A program made the translations under genes and the position numbers. From positions 1,483-65,482 of IMG/VR virus record IMGVR_UViG_3300005764_000017: a DNA stretch of 64,000 bases; one strand, written 5' to 3'. Numbering within the stretch: position 1 is the stretch's first letter; each line of letters starts with the position of its first letter. This DNA comes from a virus. Taxonomy: Duplodnaviria; Caudoviricetes. This document shows, one piece after another, positions 42,458 to 52,607 of this stretch. Below the pieces are notes generated by a model, which saw only the letters and a list, made by a program, of their open reading frames with translations, searched no databases and had not been told where the DNA came from.

Positions 42458-44968
42458 TTGGCTGACTACCTGCCCCCACTGGTGGCCTCGCTCGTCCTCA
42501 ACGCCACCCAGTTCAAGGCGGGCCTGGCCGAGGCCGGCGCCGTGGCGAAGGCCGAGACCACCGGCATGGGGGCGGCCTTCAGCGGTTTGGCCAGCGTCGG
42601 CAAGGTGGCCCTGTTCGGGACCGCGGCGGCGGTGGGGGTCATCGGCGCGGCCTCGATCAAGATGGCCGGCGACTTCGAGGCGGCGACCAACCGCCTGGCG
42701 ACGTCGGCCGGCGAGCAGCAGGCGAACATCGGCCAGGTTCGCACCGGCCTGCTGCAGATGGCGGGCGAGGTCGGCGACTCGGCGATGGATCTCGCCGGCG
42801 CCTACTACGTGGCCTCCTCGGCTGGCTACAACTTCGCTCGCGGCGGCCTTGATGTCGTACGGGCGGCGGCCGAGGGCGCCAAGGCCGAGGGCGCCGACCT
42901 CAAGGTCGTCACGGATGCCGTGACATCGGCGATGATCGACTACCACCAACCGGCTTCGGCGGCGGCCCTGGTGACCTCCCAGCTGGTCGCGGCGGTCGGC
43001 CAGGGCAAGACCACCTTCCAGGGCATGACCGGCTCCCTGCACTCGGTCCTGCCGGATGCTTCGGCCGCCCACATCGCGTTTACCGAGATCATCGCCGACG
43101 TCGCCAGCATGACCGTGCACGGCATGTCGGCCGATCAGGCCACGCAGGACCTCGACCACACCATCCAGCACCTGACGACCACAACTGCGCCCCAGAACAA
43201 GGAGTTGGCGTTGCTGGGTCTCAACGCCCGGGACCTCTCGGCGAATCTCGGATCACGTGGACTCGCCGGGACGCTCCAGTTGATCTCCGACCGCATCCGC
43301 TCCGACATGGGGCCGAGCGGTCAGGTAATTCTCCAGATGCAGACTGCCCTCCAGGGGCTACCGCCATCGGTCCAGAAGCTCGGGGCTGCGGTGATCGATG
43401 GGAGCATGAGCCTGAAGGAGTTCACGTCCTCGGCGAAAGGCCTCAATGTCGAGCAGGCTGGGCTGGCCCACCAGTTCGCCTCGCTGATGACGAGTACCCA
43501 CGGAATCGGCTCGGCGCAGCAGTCGGGTGCCCAGATCGCCCAGAACTACACCGCAGCACTCAAGGCGGCCACGGGCGACAGTACCACCCTGAGCACGGCC
43601 CTGATGCTGACCGGCGAGAACGCCAGCTACACCAACAACGCCATCAAGAACGTGTCCGGCGCGACGACCGAGGCCGGGAACCACGTGGCCGGGTGGGCGT
43701 CGATCCAGGCGACTCTGAACCAGCACCTCGACAAGTGGAAGTACGGACTGGAGGCCGGCGCCATCACGCTCGGAACCAAGCTCATTCCGTACGTCATCCA
43801 GGCGATGGGGGCGATCGAGGGGCTGGTCGGCTGGCTGGGCAAGAACCAGCAGGTGAGCATCCCGCTTGCCATCGCCATGGGCAGCGTGCTGGTCGTGGCG
43901 ATCGGCGCCTACACAGTCAGCATGGCGGCGGCGGCCGCGGCGACCATCGCGGCGACCTGGCCGCTACTACTCATCATCGCGGCCGTGGCCTTGGTCGCGG
44001 TGGGAATCTACGAGATGTATACCCACTGGTCCCAGATCGCCGCCTTCCTCGGTGGCGCATGGAAGGCGGCCTCCACGGCTGCCGGGGCTGCGTTCTCCGC
44101 GCTCGGCACGGCCGTGCATAATTTCCTGTCGGGGGCGGGAGCGGCCATCGGCGGGTTCTTCTCGCGCCTCGGCGCGCTGGCATCCCGCGCCTGGGCCGAA
44201 TTCGCGCGACATCCCCTGTACTGGGTTGCCTTCGTCGTGGCCTACGTGCCGATCAAGCTCAACGAGCTGTTCGACCAGTTCGTCGCCTGGGCCGTCCAGA
44301 TGGCGGTCAAGGCGTTCGAGTGGGCCAACAAGATGATCGACGAGGGCGTCCGGATGGCGCTCCAGTTCATCGCGATGCTCGCCGTCCAACTTGTCACGTT
44401 GCCCTATCGGATCGGAGTGTGGCTCGGCCAAGTCCTGCCGCGTGTGAACCAGTGGGCATCCGACATGGAGGCAAAGGCCTTCGATGCTGCGGTGCGATTC
44501 TCCGTGGCGCTCCTGCGTGAATGGAACGCCCTCCCCGGCCAGGTTTGGAATCTCGGCGGCGACATCATCCGAGGCATCGTCAACGGGATGCTCGCCCTTG
44601 ATTCATGGGCGGTGCAGCAGGCCAAGAACGTCGCCTCCGGCCTGCTCGACGGGGCCAAGGCGGCCCTTGGGATCAGCTCTCCCTCGGCGGTCATGGCGGC
44701 TGAAGTTGGCGTGCCGATCGCGCAGGGTATCGGCTTGGGGATCACCCAGGGGGCTGGCTACGCACACGGTGCTCTGAGGGGTCTGGTGGGTGGAATGACC
44801 GGCGGCTCTGGGGCGGCGAGCGTCAACGTGGGCAGCGGCGCGGGCGCCTCATCCGCCGCCCCCGCCGGCGGCTACCAGATCACCTTCAACCTCTACGGCT
44901 GCACGGATCCGGTCGCGACCGCCGCGGCGGTAGACTCGCGCCTGAGCAGGCTGCTGACCGCGACGTGA
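42458..44968 (+). CDS. tape measure protein
   Basis: 836 aa Ala-rich helical; IKMAGDFEAA; hydrophobic middle; GISSPSAVMA..GVPIAQGIGLG end. Confidence 0.9.
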   Translation: MADYLPPLVASLVLNATQFKAGLAEAGAVAKAETTGMGAAFSGLASVGKVALFGTAAAVGVIGAASIKMAGDFEAATNRLATSAGEQQANIGQVRTGLLQMAGEVGDSAMDLAGAYYVASSAGYNFARGGLDVVRAAAEGAKAEGADLKVVTDAVTSAMIDYHQPASAAALVTSQLVAAVGQGKTTFQGMTGSLHSVLPDASAAHIAFTEIIADVASMTVHGMSADQATQDLDHTIQHLTTTTAPQNKELALLGLNARDLSANLGSRGLAGTLQLISDRIRSDMGPSGQVILQMQTALQGLPPSVQKLGAAVIDGSMSLKEFTSSAKGLNVEQAGLAHQFASLMTSTHGIGSAQQSGAQIAQNYTAALKAATGDSTTLSTALMLTGENASYTNNAIKNVSGATTEAGNHVAGWASIQATLNQHLDKWKYGLEAGAITLGTKLIPYVIQAMGAIEGLVGWLGKNQQVSIPLAIAMGSVLVVAIGAYTVSMAAAAAATIAATWPLLLIIAAVALVAVGIYEMYTHWSQIAAFLGGAWKAASTAAGAAFSALGTAVHNFLSGAGAAIGGFFSRLGALASRAWAEFARHPLYWVAFVVAYVPIKLNELFDQFVAWAVQMAVKAFEWANKMIDEGVRMALQFIAMLAVQLVTLPYRIGVWLGQVLPRVNQWASDMEAKAFDAAVRFSVALLREWNALPGQVWNLGGDIIRGIVNGMLALDSWAVQQAKNVASGLLDGAKAALGISSPSAVMAAEVGVPIAQGIGLGITQGAGYAHGALRGLVGGMTGGSGAASVNVGSGAGASSAAPAGGYQITFNLYGCTDPVATAAAVDSRLSRLLTAT

Positions 44969-45658
44969 TCAGACGTGGCGCCAAGCTAGGCCGCGGACAA
45001 CCAGGTTGATCACGGTCACGCTGACGCCGAATTCACGGGCGAGAGCGGACTGCTCGCCGTGCTTCCCTGTGTACCGCTTGAGGATATTCGCGACAGCTTC
45101 CTCGGTGAGCTTGGCGTTATACCGTCCGGTGCCGCGCTCCATCCGTTCTGGGTGAAGGTGCGAACCGTGTCTGTCGCCGCGGGCCAAGCGCCAGGGCTCG
45201 CGGCGACTGTAGTGGTCGTCTCCGGTGGGCACCAGGATCCTGCCGCGGCGGCCCTTGGCGTGCATGTCGGCATTGTTGATGGCCGCCTCGCCAAGGAACA
45301 GATGCGCGGGGTTCACGCACGGAGGGGTGTCGCAGTCGTGGAGAACCCATGCATCTTCCGGGATCGGCCCGCGCGACAGCTGCCATGCGAAGCGGTGCGC
45401 CCCGATGCTCCTGTCTCCGTGCTGAGGAGTGAACCGGCCATAGCCGTCCTCGGTTGCAAAGCCTGTCCACACCCAACACTGCCCCAGCGCGGGACGGTGC
45501 GTCGGCACCGGGCCGTTCCTGTCCACCTTCGCCCAGAAGCGCTCATCCGCACTGACCGCAGTCAGCTTGCGAAGGCGTCCGGTGAGACGAGCATTGCAGG
45601 GGCGGCATCGTTTAGAGCCCGGCGTTCGGATGGGCCCCCCGCAGTCGGGACATTCCAT
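44969..45658 (-). CDS. HNH homing endonuclease
   Basis: CWVWTG, GYGRF, AHRFAW, VLHDCDTPPCVNPAHL, AKLTEE..LAREFGVS. Confidence 0.9.
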   Translation of the reverse strand: MECPDCGGPIRTPGSKRCRPCNARLTGRLRKLTAVSADERFWAKVDRNGPVPTHRPALGQCWVWTGFATEDGYGRFTPQHGDRSIGAHRFAWQLSRGPIPEDAWVLHDCDTPPCVNPAHLFLGEAAINNADMHAKGRRGRILVPTGDDHYSRREPWRLARGDRHGSHLHPERMERGTGRYNAKLTEEAVANILKRYTGKHGEQSALAREFGVSVTVINLVVRGLAWRHV

Positions 45659-45690
45659 CCGTACATCATAACGGATGTCCTAGGTTAATC

Positions 45691-47796
45691 GTGGTCATTC
45701 AAGATCTCGATTTTGGCGGCGGCCATCCATTCCCGGCTCCGCAGCTCGGCCAGGTGATCGGCAACGCGCTCATCGAGGGCTCGCGCACCATCATCTGGCC
45801 GCGCGGGCGTTCGGTCGAGAAGCAAGACGTCACCTTCTGGGCGCAGCAGTGGCAGAGTGCTGGCGGCCAGGGGGCCAGCAGCTACCTCGCGCTTCGCTAC
45901 CTACTACGCCAGCTCGAGGAGCTCGCCGGGAACCCGGACATGCAGCCGGTGTTCATCCAGTGGGCGGCAACCGCACAGAGTGGCCAGTACAACGTCACGA
46001 CTCCCCACGACAGCTGGTACATCATCGAGAACGTTCAGCCCGACTACGCGAACTTCGTGGTGAGCGGGCTGGTCAAGGTCCGGATGACCACCCAGTTGGT
46101 TGCCCCCGCCACTCCTTCCTCGCTCTCGACATGGTACGCCGGCGGCGCCCTGGCCAGTACCTACACCGGAGCGGCCACCGCACTCCTGGCATTCCCGCTC
46201 GGTTCCACCGGCCAAGCTCCGACTCAGCTCAGCCGGACCGGCGGCGAGGGCACCGTGCCCATCTCGGTGAACTCGACCCCGAATCCAGTCCCCTTCATCC
46301 GCCCAGGCACCATCGCTGGCCTGTTCGCCGGCATGGTCCGGGTCTTCGACACGATCAACACCGCCAGCAACCCGGTCCCGACCTCGGGCGGCTTCTCGCA
46401 TGCGAACTGGGTTCAGGTATACGGCACTCAGCACAACTGGACCGGCGACTGCATCGTCACCAATGGCCTTCTCCTGCTGCTGTTCCAGACGGGCCAATCC
46501 GCCATGCCGAGCGTCTATTGCTGGAACACGCAGCTCGGCACGCCAGCTTGGCAGCAGGTTTTCTCTCTCAACTACCGTGACAGCGTCAGCCTGAACCTCG
46601 GCACTCTACGCGAAATCAACCTCGACCGTGTCGGCCTCCAGGAAGCGCGCATCCGGATACGGACGAACACGTCCGCCGGCAACTGGTCAGAACTCCGCAT
46701 CAAACTCCTGGCTGGTCACTACGACGCGCGCGTGGAGTGGCAACCGCTGATGGAGACCAACAGCAGGAGCCGCGGCCTCGAATTGTCTCTGGCGACGGCC
46801 ATCAAGATCGTCGCCAACGAGTCGGCAGTGGGGGATGTCGTCGTGGACAGTACGCCCAGCTTGACGCCGTCATCGACGATCGGCGCCGGCATCGGCATCG
46901 GCACGACTGCCAACCAGTCGATCGTGGGCTGGCTGTACCAGAATGCGCCCAGTGCTGGTCAGCCATTGGGTCAAAATACGACCCTGCTGGGAATCGGTGA
47001 TGCCAATGGCCCAGCCGTTGGTAGCTTCCGAACCTACGGCATCTTCGCCGTGCCGTTCGCGACCACGCCGAACCTTCAGGCAGAGGCCGAGAGCGGAGCG
47101 CTAGGTACAGGATGGTCGTCGGTCACGACCTCGAACGAGTCGAATAATGCCGCAGCCAAGGTCGCGAGCGGTACGACGACGGGCAACGCAGACCTTTTCG
47201 GGACATCGTGGGTTCCGACAGCCGGCCAGTACGGCGTCCCATTCCGGATGAAGGTCGCGAGTGCCGCGAGTTCCACGGCCCAGCTCCAGTGCGGCCTGTG
47301 GGACGTGACCTCCTCAGCGTTCGTCTCGGGCGCCTCGACTGTCTTCGCTCCAAGCCAGCTCTCGACGTCCTACGTCTGGGTGTTCGCCAACCGCCGAGTG
47401 GTCACCGACGGCATCACTAATGGCACGACGACAGTCACGAGCGCTACCGCCGTCTTCAACTCGACGGCCGACGCGGGGAAGGCCATCAGCGGGATCGGCA
47501 TCCCGGCTGGCACCACCATCTCGTCGGTGACAAACGCCACAACCATCGTCCTGTCGCAGGCGGCGACGACCAGCGCGAGCGGTGTGACGCTGGCCATCGG
47601 CGGTCCCATCACGCCGACTGCTGGCCATAACATGCAGTGGCGCGCGGTCACGAGCGGGACTCTGGGTACAGACTTCTTCGTGGACGAGGCATGCCTGCTG
47701 CCCATCCTGAGTGCCACGCTCGGCACGGACAGTTTCCCGGGCGACATCTGGAGCCAATGGGCGTTCGACCTGAGAGCGAGCTGGGCGAGGGGCTGA
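45691..47796 (+). CDS. distal tail / baseplate protein with carbohydrate-binding-like module
   Basis: First gene after TMP; LQAEAESGAL CBM-like start; contains same ~70-aa module as tail tube. Confidence 0.65.
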   Translation: MVIQDLDFGGGHPFPAPQLGQVIGNALIEGSRTIIWPRGRSVEKQDVTFWAQQWQSAGGQGASSYLALRYLLRQLEELAGNPDMQPVFIQWAATAQSGQYNVTTPHDSWYIIENVQPDYANFVVSGLVKVRMTTQLVAPATPSSLSTWYAGGALASTYTGAATALLAFPLGSTGQAPTQLSRTGGEGTVPISVNSTPNPVPFIRPGTIAGLFAGMVRVFDTINTASNPVPTSGGFSHANWVQVYGTQHNWTGDCIVTNGLLLLLFQTGQSAMPSVYCWNTQLGTPAWQQVFSLNYRDSVSLNLGTLREINLDRVGLQEARIRIRTNTSAGNWSELRIKLLAGHYDARVEWQPLMETNSRSRGLELSLATAIKIVANESAVGDVVVDSTPSLTPSSTIGAGIGIGTTANQSIVGWLYQNAPSAGQPLGQNTTLLGIGDANGPAVGSFRTYGIFAVPFATTPNLQAEAESGALGTGWSSVTTSNESNNAAAKVASGTTTGNADLFGTSWVPTAGQYGVPFRMKVASAASSTAQLQCGLWDVTSSAFVSGASTVFAPSQLSTSYVWVFANRRVVTDGITNGTTTVTSATAVFNSTADAGKAISGIGIPAGTTISSVTNATTIVLSQAATTSASGVTLAIGGPITPTAGHNMQWRAVTSGTLGTDFFVDEACLLPILSATLGTDSFPGDIWSQWAFDLRASWARG

Positions 47797-47799
47797 CGG

Positions 47800-49692
47800 A
47801 TGCCATCCGAGCTCGTCATGCCTCGACTCGCCTATCGCCTGCTGGATCCCAACTCGGGCGCAGTCGTGGTCCCGAACCTCTACCACTTGCACCAGTCCAC
47901 CTGGACCGTCCGCGCGCTCTTGGCGGGCTACCCGGGCTCCTCGACGATCGGCGATTTCTCGATCCAACTCCCGGCACCCTACAGCGAGGAGTTCAAGGTG
48001 AACGCCGCGCAATATCAGGCCATCTTGAGCAGCGCAAACAAGGGGATCGGACTCAAGGTAGAGGGGTACAACGGCGATGCCGTGGCGGGCACGCCCGTAC
48101 TCAGCGGCGTGATAACGAAGATGGATCTCCCGCTCGGCGCCCAGTGGGTGCTCAGCGGGAGCGATACGCTGTTGTGGCTCCAGCAGTCGCAGTTGATGCC
48201 CGGTGAAGTGCTGGCCGCCCCCGGTACGGGCGTCTTGCCCACTCATGGGTACGAAATCGTTGAGGCACTCAGCGGAACGCAAGAGGTCATCTGGGACGAC
48301 GACTTCACCAATTGGAATGGAGGCGGTAGCGGGCACACCAGCAGCGACTACACGCTGAGCAACTTCTCGTTCACCTCAAGCGATCCGGTCGCCGGGCAGC
48401 CCGCTTTGACGAGTACGAGCCTTCAGCCGACCGATGCATATGCGCTGACGAGCACGAGCTGGAACAAGACCACGCAGTACGCCTTCTCGACGGTGTCCAT
48501 CCACGGCTCGATGGTGGCCGGCACGGCGGGTGTTGGTGCCACGGTCAGCGAGGCGAGCATCATCCTGCTGTCCGACTCCACGTGGCAGAACGGGGTCCTG
48601 CTCCTCGTGGCGCTGGCGGGAACGGCGACGGCGGGCTTATTCAATGTCACGGCCACCATCTACACGAAGTCCTCCGGGACCTATACGCTCCGCGCCGGCA
48701 CGAACACCATCCTCCAGAACGTCCGAAGCCCGTTCTCGTTCGAGGTATTCGCCTCGATTTACTTCAATGCAGGACGTTTCGAGGTACGAATCACCATCAA
48801 CGGACAGGACGCCAACACGCTCATCCAGGGCGTGACCGTTCCCGCTAGTGGTCGCATCGGCCTCCGGTTCTCGGCGAGCACGGGCGGTTCACCGGCGGTC
48901 TACGTGAATCGCATCCAGTTCCACGGCCGGAACGGTCCGTCAATTGGGTCGGCCTGGGGCACACCCCGGTTCCCGCTAGGCACCATCAACACCGGCAGCG
49001 CAGCATCGATCGCGTCCGAACTCTCCCCTAATCAGGCCACGCACCTGGACATGATGACGCTTGCCGCCAGCGTCGATGGCTTCGCCCTTCGGAAGAACCC
49101 TGGCGCCGGCGCGAATGCGGATTCCCTCGACTATACGGCGAGTCCGGGCACCGACTACTCGGCGTCGGTCGTGTTCGAGGAAGGTGTGAACATCGTGGCC
49201 CAGGGCTCGACGTTCCAGAACATCGCCGACCTCTACGGGACCGATGCGAAGGTCAATGGTGTGCCGGGAACGGACTCGGGCGGATCCGTCACCTGGGGCC
49301 GGATCGGCGCGGCGGGCGACATGGTCCTGACGGACACCTCTGCCGACGTGGGGCCGATCGGCTTCGCGTTCCTTCTGCTCTACGCGAAGGCCATCCAGTC
49401 ACGCAAGGCGGCCCCGCTGGTGGCGGTGCAGCTCGCCGTGGCCCGTACGGCCGAGCTGCTGAAGGCGAACAATGGCTGGGGTCCGCGTGAGTGGGACACC
49501 GTCCAAGTGCATGTCCCTACCTACGTCATCGACCATCAGTCCGCGATGATCGTCGGGTACACGATCAGCGAGGCCAGCGCTGTCGTGACGTACTATCTGA
49601 CGCAGTTCCCGGAATCACGCTTGCCACAGGCTCCGCTCCAAGCCATCAAGCGCGCGCTCGACTACCTGTCGACGACGTACAAGCCGCGCTAG
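47800..49692 (+). CDS. tail tip / host-range protein
   Basis: Second post-TMP gene, Ser/Thr-rich central beta domain, lower GC third positions. Confidence 0.6.
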   Translation: MPSELVMPRLAYRLLDPNSGAVVVPNLYHLHQSTWTVRALLAGYPGSSTIGDFSIQLPAPYSEEFKVNAAQYQAILSSANKGIGLKVEGYNGDAVAGTPVLSGVITKMDLPLGAQWVLSGSDTLLWLQQSQLMPGEVLAAPGTGVLPTHGYEIVEALSGTQEVIWDDDFTNWNGGGSGHTSSDYTLSNFSFTSSDPVAGQPALTSTSLQPTDAYALTSTSWNKTTQYAFSTVSIHGSMVAGTAGVGATVSEASIILLSDSTWQNGVLLLVALAGTATAGLFNVTATIYTKSSGTYTLRAGTNTILQNVRSPFSFEVFASIYFNAGRFEVRITINGQDANTLIQGVTVPASGRIGLRFSASTGGSPAVYVNRIQFHGRNGPSIGSAWGTPRFPLGTINTGSAASIASELSPNQATHLDMMTLAASVDGFALRKNPGAGANADSLDYTASPGTDYSASVVFEEGVNIVAQGSTFQNIADLYGTDAKVNGVPGTDSGGSVTWGRIGAAGDMVLTDTSADVGPIGFAFLLLYAKAIQSRKAAPLVAVQLAVARTAELLKANNGWGPREWDTVQVHVPTYVIDHQSAMIVGYTISEASAVVTYYLTQFPESRLPQAPLQAIKRALDYLSTTYKPR

Positions 49693-49901
49693 CCCGGTGT
49701 CGCGACCCCATAGCGGCAGATGTCGCCAGCGGGCACCCGGAATCCCGCCGCGGCGCAGTTGTTCGGATCATTGGCCAGATCAAGCGTGCTCGCGGCTGGC
49801 CGGATCGGCGCCGGCCGCGTCGCGCCAGCGTCGCCACTGAGCAGCACCACCGCGGCCGTCATCACCAGGGCCGCCATCACCAATCGTCTCGCTCGTGCCA
49901 T
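49689..49901 (-). CDS. small secreted protein with DLANDPNNC motif
   Basis: Signal peptide MARARRLVMAALVMTAAVVLLSGDAGA; GAGG RBS on minus strand. Confidence 0.55.
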   Translation of the reverse strand: MARARRLVMAALVMTAAVVLLSGDAGATRPAPIRPAASTLDLANDPNNCAAAGFRVPAGDICRYGVATPG

Positions 49902-49998
49902 GCCTCTCCCCCCTCGAACGCGACCCGGGTCGATTCCGGTCGCTGAGACCGCCACCATACACCTCGGGTCCGGGTCCCGGGAGTAGGAGATCCGTCCC

Positions 49999-50205
49999 AT
50001 GCGCTTCCCCCTCGTCCTGCTCGCCGCCGTACTCGCTGCCTGCGGCCAGGCCGCCCCGGCGCCGGCGCTGAGCAGCCCGACCCCGCCGCCCGTGCACTCG
50101 CCGACGGCCCTGCCCGCACTGGCCGCGCCGACGTGCGCGCCGGGCAACCCCATCCGCACGCCGCCCCAGGCGCTGCCGCCATCCCCAGGAGGGTGCCTAC
50201 CGTGA
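49999..50205 (+). CDS. Pro-rich lipoprotein
   Basis: MRFPLVLLAAVLAAC lipobox; AGGAG RBS. Confidence 0.7.
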   Translation: MRFPLVLLAAVLAACGQAAPAPALSSPTPPPVHSPTALPALAAPTCAPGNPIRTPPQALPPSPGGCLP

Positions 50206-50420
50206 GAGAGAAGCCCTGTTCGTTCAGGCTGCCGACCGAGCTCTACGACGAGCTGCAGCGCTCGGCCGAGGCTCACGGCGAGCCCGTCTCGGTGTTCATC
50301 CGGCGGGCCATCGAAATGCGGCTGCGGCCGGCCGCATCGATACCGTTTGTCGCTCCCGGCTGTTCCAACCTCACCTTCGGCTATCAGCCGCCGGCCGGAA
50401 TCATGGTCAACTTCCCGTGA
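50202..50420 (+). CDS. ribbon-helix-helix (CopG/Arc-like) protein
   Basis: CSFRLPTELYDELQRSAEAHGEPVSVFIRRAIE. Confidence 0.75.
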   Translation: MREKPCSFRLPTELYDELQRSAEAHGEPVSVFIRRAIEMRLRPAASIPFVAPGCSNLTFGYQPPAGIMVNFP

Positions 50421-50686
50421 CCGCTCCCCTCGACGCCCACATGCAGGCCCCGGCCGTCCTGGCCGCGCAGGACGTGCTCGACGGGCACCGCGACGGTTGC
50501 GAGGAGTGCCGGCAGGCCACGCGGGTGGTCAACGCCTGCGAGCTCGCGCGGCGGCTGCACGACGCGGTCGTGGTGGCGGCGCAGGACGCCTACCGCGAGC
50601 TGCACCCGGACCTAGCGGCCGGCGGGCCGGTCGACCCCAAGACCCTCTACATCGTCGGCGAGAACGGGCCGGAGGAGGCCGGATGA
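50417..50686 (+). CDS. hypothetical protein
   Basis: Coupled; GCEECRQA...CELARRL. Confidence 0.5.
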   Translation: MTAPLDAHMQAPAVLAAQDVLDGHRDGCEECRQATRVVNACELARRLHDAVVVAAQDAYRELHPDLAAGGPVDPKTLYIVGENGPEEAG

Positions 50687-51591
50687 CGCTCGAGCTCCGG
50701 GACATCTCCAGCTACCAGACGTGGACCGACCCGGCGGCCACCCGCGCCGCGGGCATCGCCGGCATCATCGCCAAGGCGACGGAGTCGAGCTATATCGATC
50801 CCAAGTGGTACGAGCACCGGGCCAAGATGCTGGCCGGCGGGTTCGTCCCCGGCGCCTACACGTTCAGCCGGCCGGACCTCGGCGATCCGCCCGACTGGGC
50901 GGCCGAGTTCTTCCTGAACGTCGCCAACCCGAGCAACGGATGGATCCTGGGCCACGACGCCGAGAGCGCCGGCGGCTCGCTGGCCTGGTGCGACGAGTTC
51001 GAGCTGCACTGCGCCAAGCTGCTGAGCGGCTACCACGTCTGGTTCTACAGCTACGAGTACTGGATGCAGACGCGCGGCATCGTGGGTTCCGACCTGCTCA
51101 CGCGGTCCCCGCTCTGGTTCGCCTGGCCGACATCGAACGGGGATCTCCCGTTCGCCTGCTCGATGCAGCAGTACGACGCCATCCCGACGCTGGGGTTCAC
51201 GGCGCCGGTGGACGCCAACCGCTTCTTCGGCGACATCACCCAGCTCCGCCGGCTGACCGTCGGCGGCACCACAGGAGGTGGATTCTTGGACGCCCTGACC
51301 CCCGAAGAGCAGCACCGCCTGCTCGACAAGGTCGACAACCTCTTCTCGACGATGACGACGTCGGCGAAGAACGACAACCCGCCCAGCGAGAGCCTGAACG
51401 ATGTGTGGTCGGACACGCTCGCGGCCGTGCTGGCGTTCAAGGGCGGCAGCGTCGTCGACCCGACCGGCCTGGCGGCCGGCATCGCGGCCGAGCTGCTCAA
51501 GCACCCGCTCACGACCCATCTGTCCGATGCCGACGCGCTGACCGTGGCCACCGACGTCGTGGCGGGCATCGGCAGCAAGCTGACCGGGTAG
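50683..51591 (+). CDS. endolysin, GH25 muramidase
   Basis: DISSYQ, IIAKATE, GAYTFSRP, DAES, QQYD, VDANRF. Confidence 0.85.
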   Translation: MTLELRDISSYQTWTDPAATRAAGIAGIIAKATESSYIDPKWYEHRAKMLAGGFVPGAYTFSRPDLGDPPDWAAEFFLNVANPSNGWILGHDAESAGGSLAWCDEFELHCAKLLSGYHVWFYSYEYWMQTRGIVGSDLLTRSPLWFAWPTSNGDLPFACSMQQYDAIPTLGFTAPVDANRFFGDITQLRRLTVGGTTGGGFLDALTPEEQHRLLDKVDNLFSTMTTSAKNDNPPSESLNDVWSDTLAAVLAFKGGSVVDPTGLAAGIAAELLKHPLTTHLSDADALTVATDVVAGIGSKLTG

Positions 51592-51618
51592 CCAGGAGCG
51601 GACGCCCGAGGAGCCGGG

Positions 51619-51924
51619 GTGCCCATCGCAGAAATTGAGCAGATCGCACAACTCGTCAACACGGGGGGCGTCGTCGGCGTCCTGGTGCTGGCGGTCGTGG
51701 TGCTCGCATACGGCTCGTTTCGTGAGTGGTGGATTCCTGGTCCGACTCACCGCCGACTTCTGGAGGAGGTCAGGAGCGCTGGCCAGCGCGAGTTGGACAA
51801 CGAGCGAGAGGAGAAGAAGGCGTGGAGAACGATAGCGCTCGGGCTTGGCAACACAGCGGAGCGCTCGGTGGTGATCGCGGAACAGCAGCTCGGTATCCAG
51901 CTCGGGCCGCCTGGCTCGCACTGA
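51619..51924 (+). CDS. holin-like membrane protein
   Basis: One TM helix then charged tail, after lysin. Confidence 0.55.
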   Translation: MPIAEIEQIAQLVNTGGVVGVLVLAVVVLAYGSFREWWIPGPTHRRLLEEVRSAGQRELDNEREEKKAWRTIALGLGNTAERSVVIAEQQLGIQLGPPGSH

Positions 51925-52127
51925 TGTGGGCACGGCTGTCTCGGCTATGGCGCCGGCAAAGGGTCGCCCCCGAGATGCCTGAGCCCGACCCGCCGCATCG
52001 GCCGGATCCAGCCCTGGCGCGAGCCGCGCTGCGGGCGCAGCAGCTACATGCTCGCCTGACCTACATGGAGACCGAGCAGGCGCTGATGACCCGTCGACCG
52101 AGGGACCAGGGCGAGACCGAGTGCTGA
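51924..52127 (+). CDS. hypothetical protein
   Basis: TGATG coupling. Confidence 0.5.
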   Translation: MWARLSRLWRRQRVAPEMPEPDPPHRPDPALARAALRAQQLHARLTYMETEQALMTRRPRDQGETEC

Positions 52128-52498
52128 TTCTGATCCGTGTCGTGGACCTGCTGTCGGTGGCACTCGGGCTGTCCGGCGTCGCGCTCGGCATCCTGATCGC
52201 ATGGCAGTCGCTGATCGACCGCCATGTGGCGCGGTCCCAGCGTCGCAACGGCTGGTTCCAGCTCCACGCCACCGTCGGCATCCGCGACGGGATCGCGGTG
52301 TCGATCACGCACGTGATCCTCGGCGGTCTCGGCCTACTGGCTGCGCTCAACCCGCCGCCGCTCCCCAGTCGCTACGGTCTAGCGCTCCTGTTCGGCATGG
52401 CCTACCTGGTGATCCAGGGCACCGTCATCGCGCTGCAGACGCTGAATGTGGTCGACGGGCATCGCCTGCGCAGCCGCTCGCCGAGCGACCCGGACTGA
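52121..52498 (+). CDS. membrane protein (three TM helices)
   Basis: Three hydrophobic stretches in lysis region. Confidence 0.55.
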   Translation: MLILIRVVDLLSVALGLSGVALGILIAWQSLIDRHVARSQRRNGWFQLHATVGIRDGIAVSITHVILGGLGLLAALNPPPLPSRYGLALLFGMAYLVIQGTVIALQTLNVVDGHRLRSRSPSDPD

Positions 52499-52607
52499 CG
52501 TAGCCGTGTCGAGCGCGTAGCTCGACCTCCAGGCGGTGCGGTAGGGCGCTGCCACTACCGGTGCCCGCCGCACCTCCTGATCTCATTCCTGTAGTGGAGG
52601 AGACCCC

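Noticed and set aside
45691-49692. Diversity-generating retroelement target
   Set aside because: No reverse transcriptase and no adenine-variant repeat pair seen; the duplicated tail module differs at all base types.
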